A model generated the notes under the pieces. That model was not told where the DNA came from and did not search any database. It saw only the letters and a list, made by a program, of their open reading frames with translations. Both the position numbers and the translations under genes were made by a program. A stretch of DNA of 64,000 nucleotides from an uncultured virus (IMG/VR IMGVR_UViG_3300028805_000115) (taxonomy: Duplodnaviria; Heunggongvirae; Uroviricota; Caudoviricetes). Within the stretch, counting starts at the first letter, position 1. Every line of letters starts with the position of its first letter. Location of the stretch: the IMG/VR virus record IMGVR_UViG_3300028805_000115; one strand, 5' to 3'. Shown here one piece after another: positions 60,538 to 64,000 of this stretch.

Positions 60538-60677
60538 CTTTCTCACCCGCCTTTAATAAAAGAAAAGCACATAACGATGAACACTGCTTATCTTTCATTG
60601 TAGATGTTAAAATACTGCTAATATCCATCATTATGTGCTTCCCCCTGTTTTTTGTTTTATGCAAAAAGTATAAAACA

Positions 60678-60712
60678 AAAAAGAGACTCAAAACTATTGA
60701 GTCTCTTTTAAA
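60678..60712. terminator. Bidirectional-type terminator
   Basis: AAAGAGACTCA...TGAGTCTCTTT. Confidence 0.7.
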
Positions 60713-60742
60713 AAACTGTGAGAAAACTGTTATGAAAAAGCC

Positions 60743-60952
60743 TTAAAGGATTTTCATCATTTTTCTTTTTACTTCTCTTGCTATTGCGTATACAGTTGAT
60801 TCTGAAGTATTCATTTCCATTGATATTTCAATATTTGATTTATCTTTTGCTCTTAAATTGAAATACTGTAATTCAGATGATGTAAAATTACATAATCTCC
60901 TGAATACTTCTAATTCCGGCTCCGTAAACCGACAAATCTTCAACTGCTTCAT
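60743..60952 (-). CDS. LuxR/sigma-region-4-like HTH protein
   Basis: FT..EL..F.LR...KSNIEIS..MN.SESTV......VKRK. Confidence 0.7.
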   Translation of the reverse strand: MKQLKICRFTEPELEVFRRLCNFTSSELQYFNLRAKDKSNIEISMEMNTSESTVYAIAREVKRKMMKIL

Positions 60953-60953
60953 A

Positions 60954-61730
60954 TTATCCTTCCCATATAAATCCCAATTTCTCTGCCGTCTTTTTACCGA
61001 TTGTTCCTGTCTTATCATTAAGACCGTTATCATGTTTGAAGTTTTTACTTGCTATCTCTGTGTTCTTACCAAATATCCCATCAATCGTTCCGGGATTATA
61101 ACCATGAGCTTGAAGTAATAACTGTGCCTCTCTTACATCTTCACCACGCATACAAGGGTCGGTGAGTTTTAATTCTCTTTTCAGTATTGGCTTTTTGGGT
61201 TCAACGACATACCAATCAGGACGTGTAGCATATTTCCATTTACGGTTGGCAATAACAGTTTCAACAACACCCTCATCATGATTCTTGCTTTCAATGGCTG
61301 ATGTTTCACTGACTGCATATCCTATATGCCATTTATTATCGTCAGTGCCTTCAAAAAGATAATCACCATTACGTACTTCAGACAACGGTATCTCTTTTCC
61401 GTGTTTTTTAGTGTATCTGTAAAGAGCGTCAGCCGTCATATCCCCGTCAATGATACCATTCTCAAGTAAGAATTTGACCGCTAAACCACCGCAATCTTCA
61501 CCACGTATATCAAATATATTGACACCTTGTAAAAGCCTTTTATGAAGTAATGTCAATACTCGCTGGGTGTTATTAAAGGCTTCCTTTTCAGTATGGTTAA
61601 TCATTTCCATGTTCTTTATTCGTGGAAGCTGATTTACAAATAATTCACCATTACCGCTGTAAACATACAGGTCAATATTAACACGTGAGAAAAGGTAGTT
61701 ATCCCAATCTTTAAGATATATTTTCGTCAT
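60954..61730 (-). CDS. Endolysin (NlpC/P60-like peptidase + peptidoglycan-binding domain)
   Basis: DCGGL...HIGY catalytic pattern; GEDVREAQ.LL...IDGIFGKNT PG-binding motif; next to holin. Confidence 0.8.
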   Translation of the reverse strand: MTKIYLKDWDNYLFSRVNIDLYVYSGNGELFVNQLPRIKNMEMINHTEKEAFNNTQRVLTLLHKRLLQGVNIFDIRGEDCGGLAVKFLLENGIIDGDMTADALYRYTKKHGKEIPLSEVRNGDYLFEGTDDNKWHIGYAVSETSAIESKNHDEGVVETVIANRKWKYATRPDWYVVEPKKPILKRELKLTDPCMRGEDVREAQLLLQAHGYNPGTIDGIFGKNTEIASKNFKHDNGLNDKTGTIGKKTAEKLGFIWEG

Positions 61731-61926
61731 GCTCTGTCTCCTTTTCTTTCTTGCCCGATTGTGTACCAAAGTAGAAAGATACTACCATTAGGAAGACTTG
61801 TAAGAAGTCCTGTCCACTGATAGTCCCTTTGATTGATAAGTATGCAAATACACCTGTAAGTACAAAAGTGACGATTGATTTAACGTCTACTAACTTAGCA
61901 ATCCTTTTTAAAATCGTCATCATCAT
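61711..61926 (-). CDS. Holin
   Basis: Two TMs, VKSIVT...FYFGTQ, charged C-terminus. Confidence 0.8.
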   Translation of the reverse strand: MMMTILKRIAKLVDVKSIVTFVLTGVFAYLSIKGTISGQDFLQVFLMVVSFYFGTQSGKKEKETEHDENIS

Positions 61927-61999
61927 TCCCTCCTTTCAATATTGCTAAAAACATACCTACTGTGACAATATAAAGTAAACCACATACTACATATTTCAT
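61895..61999 (-). CDS. 34-aa membrane peptide upstream of holin
   Basis: Not in track; AAAGGAGG RBS; MKYVVCGLLYIVTVGMFLAILKGG. Confidence 0.5.
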   Translation of the reverse strand: MKYVVCGLLYIVTVGMFLAILKGGNDDDDFKKDC

Positions 62000-62100
62000 G
62001 CTTCCTCCTTTTTTCAAATTTCCGAGGGTGGATATTTCGCCAGCCCTCGGTATAAACCCGTAGGTTTCAATAGTAAAATTTTGGTTTTATGTTGGTTATT

Positions 62101-62289
62101 TTATAAATTTAAACTCGGTAAACCAAAGTGTGTGCATAACGCATTACATACATTAGCACATCCACAATTAAAATAGTAATCAGACTTTCTATCTCCTGTT
62201 GTTGTACCGTCTGATTTACTTGTGTGATTGCTGAAATATAATTCCTCTAATTTCTTATAAAGTTTTTTCTTTGATATTAAACCAAACAT
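62101..62289 (-). CDS. Hypothetical protein
   Basis: MFGLISKK...; AAGGAG RBS. Confidence 0.55.
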   Translation of the reverse strand: MFGLISKKKLYKKLEELYFSNHTSKSDGTTTGDRKSDYYFNCGCANVCNALCTHFGLPSLNL

Positions 62290-62302
62290 TGTTTTTCTCC
62301 TT

Positions 62303-62545
62303 TTATTCATCATATTCAAAATATGGGCAATCCTCATCATCCGATAACCCTAATTTACATTTACCATCCTTAAATACCTTACAGGAATCGCACAATTTCT
62401 CGTTTGTTTCTTCACCTGTTTCAATAGCAAACCCTGTTTCGTGGCATTGTGGACATTCTAATTCCGTTAATAAAACATCACGTTCTCTAACCGATACCCA
62501 ACGCTTTAAACATTTAAGACATATTACTGTTGATACTTTCCACAT
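62303..62545 (-). CDS. Zn-ribbon protein
   Basis: CLKC...CPQC...CDSC...C. Confidence 0.65.
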   Translation of the reverse strand: MWKVSTVICLKCLKRWVSVRERDVLLTELECPQCHETGFAIETGEETNEKLCDSCKVFKDGKCKLGLSDDEDCPYFEYDE

Positions 62546-62589
62546 AATTTCCCCTTTACAGTTTTAAAATATAATGATATAATAATTTT

Positions 62590-62652
62590 GCGTTGATATA
62601 CTACGGTTTTAACCGTGGATGGGAAGTCGGCATCTATTTGTCGGCTTTTTTT
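62590..62652 (+). ncRNA. Candidate plus-strand small RNA (~63 nt)
   Basis: TTTACA-N17-TATAAT with extended TG (62555-62583), hairpin, then G-U-containing terminator with T7. Confidence 0.4.
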
Positions 62653-62682
62653 ACTGAATGATAAAATGGTTATTTTATGGGG

Positions 62683-64000
62683 TTACTCTTTTGCCACATA
62701 TGCAAATGACGTAAATACTTTTTCTGTTGATGAAGTAGTATAACTTGCCGCTGAACCGCCATAAGAATAAATATACTGACAACCAATTCCACCATCTGCT
62801 TGAATCCTAAATCTTGCCATACGGCTATCAATCAATATCATTGCTGAATCATAAACTTCTATCGGCTTATCAATATCATCAACATAAGTAAGCATTTTTC
62901 CAACGGGACAATTCCATGCGGTCAATATTCTTATTCTACCAATACGATAAATCTTCCAATTTTCGTTTGAACCCGAATAGTAAACTTTAACATCAACGTT
63001 CTTCAAACTATCTCCAAGAGCATTTAATGTTTCGCCCAACTGACTAACATCCGCCAAACTTGCCATCTCGCCGTTGTGGTAAGCAAGGCTGATTGAAGTG
63101 CCGTTAGTAGAGATGTAATTGTACCCCTGTGAAAGTGCGATTTCATGGGGTGTGAGTTGGATGGTGAATGGTGTGGCTAATTCATAAATAAATTGTCCCG
63201 TAGGTGAATTGCTATCCCCGACTACCAATCCTTTGCCTTGTCCGACAACTATTCTACCCGTTGTAAATGAATTATATGCCGCAACCTCAAATTTTGAACA
63301 ATAAGCAACCGGAACCGCTGAATTTGATGAGGGAATCTTTATATCACTAATAGCGGCAGACGCATAACGAGGTGGTTCATTAGAATAGAATGTCCATGAT
63401 AAGGTGGACAAGTCAACCTCTTTATGCGTAACCGTAAACTTCCCCGTCCTCGGATTGTACGTTCCACCATACACCGTCTGCCCCAAAGATTCGGATAAAT
63501 CTGTGGTTTTAACGGGTGCTTGATAGGTTGTTGCTGTTTGACCTTCTTCAACTTGTATTTGAATGTTGTTTGTATTGTCATTCGTACAATAAATTAACAA
63601 ATACTTTGCACTTGCTGATGTCTGAACCGTTTGTGTACCCGTTGTTATTGCCCCGCCATTGTAAAGTGATGTATATACTCCATTAACAACAGGATATTCG
63701 GGAGATTCTGCAATACTAAATCTTGAACCGCCATTTTTATAAACAGTATAATATGTGCTTGCCTTTACCCTAACGATTGCTAATCGGCAACTTGAATCCG
63801 TCTTATATGTTGTACCATTTTCAAGGTAAGCATTTTGTAATGTTCCGTCCCATATATTCTTCCCACACGATGAAACCTCAATTTTATCGTAGCCAGATAT
63901 AGGACAGATGTTGGAGTAGGGAGCATATGCTGTGGGTTGACTTCCGCTTTCAATCTGTATATTTATAAGACCTACTGTTCCCGGAGTATAAACTGTTACT
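62683..64000 (-). CDS. Tail fibre / receptor-binding protein, C-terminal part (frame open to window end)
   Basis: Open frame 63999 to 62683; IQVEEG..AT.Y and YELATP modules typical of carbohydrate-binding tail proteins. Confidence 0.75.
   Translation of the reverse strand, partial: VTVYTPGTVGLINIQIESGSQPTAYAPYSNICPISGYDKIEVSSCGKNIWDGTLQNAYLENGTTYKTDSSCRLAIVRVKASTYYTVYKNGGSRFSIAESPEYPVVNGVYTSLYNGGAITTGTQTVQTSASAKYLLIYCTNDNTNNIQIQVEEGQTATTYQAPVKTTDLSESLGQTVYGGTYNPRTGKFTVTHKEVDLSTLSWTFYSNEPPRYASAAISDIKIPSSNSAVPVAYCSKFEVAAYNSFTTGRIVVGQGKGLVVGDSNSPTGQFIYELATPFTIQLTPHEIALSQGYNYISTNGTSISLAYHNGEMASLADVSQLGETLNALGDSLKNVDVKVYYSGSNENWKIYRIGRIRILTAWNCPVGKMLTYVDDIDKPIEVYDSAMILIDSRMARFRIQADGGIGCQYIYSYGGSAASYTTSSTEKVFTSFAYVAKE
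63769..63895. repeat. 127-bp exact direct repeat, copy 2
   Basis: Identical to 1-127. Confidence 0.95.

Noticed and set aside
143..62567. Plus-strand ORFs in the six-frame track
   Set aside because: They lie antisense to well-supported minus-strand genes, lack RBSs and show no recognisable motifs; treated as shadow ORFs.

Overview
Near-complete genome (~63.8 kb) of a tailed dsDNA siphophage. The host is probably a low-GC Firmicute, inferred from sigmaA-type TTGACA-N17-TATAAT promoters, GGAGG RBSs and an A118/SPP1-like morphogenesis module. Almost all credible genes are on the minus strand. Bases 1-127 recur exactly at 63769-63895, so the window can be circularised through a tail-fibre gene. 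In transcription order it holds: tail fibre and lysis genes; a cassette of unknown function (57-61 kb); a large replication/recombination module (SNF2 helicase, initiator, DnaC, DnaB, primase with a GIY-YIG homing endonuclease, SSB, PolA, beta-clamp, three clamp-loader subunits, Cas4-like nuclease, RecU, MazG, RecA); small accessory ORFs behind eight copies of a repeated promoter element; then packaging, head and tail genes. I recognised no integrase, tRNA or CRISPR array. The top candidate system is a CmoA-type carboxy-SAM synthase coupled to a C5-cytosine methyltransferase with an altered cofactor-site motif, suggesting 5-carboxymethylcytosine DNA, and AGCT looks strongly enriched. Other candidates: three unrelated effector-like proteins sharing a WITxxGxx(H/R)(V/I)PI leader near terS; glycosyltransferases with Thr-rich capsid and tail-tube tails; an attenuator-like RNA ahead of the initiator; two sRNA candidates; and a homing endonuclease that replaced the primase 3' end. 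All annotations come from reading motifs by eye; no database searches were run.
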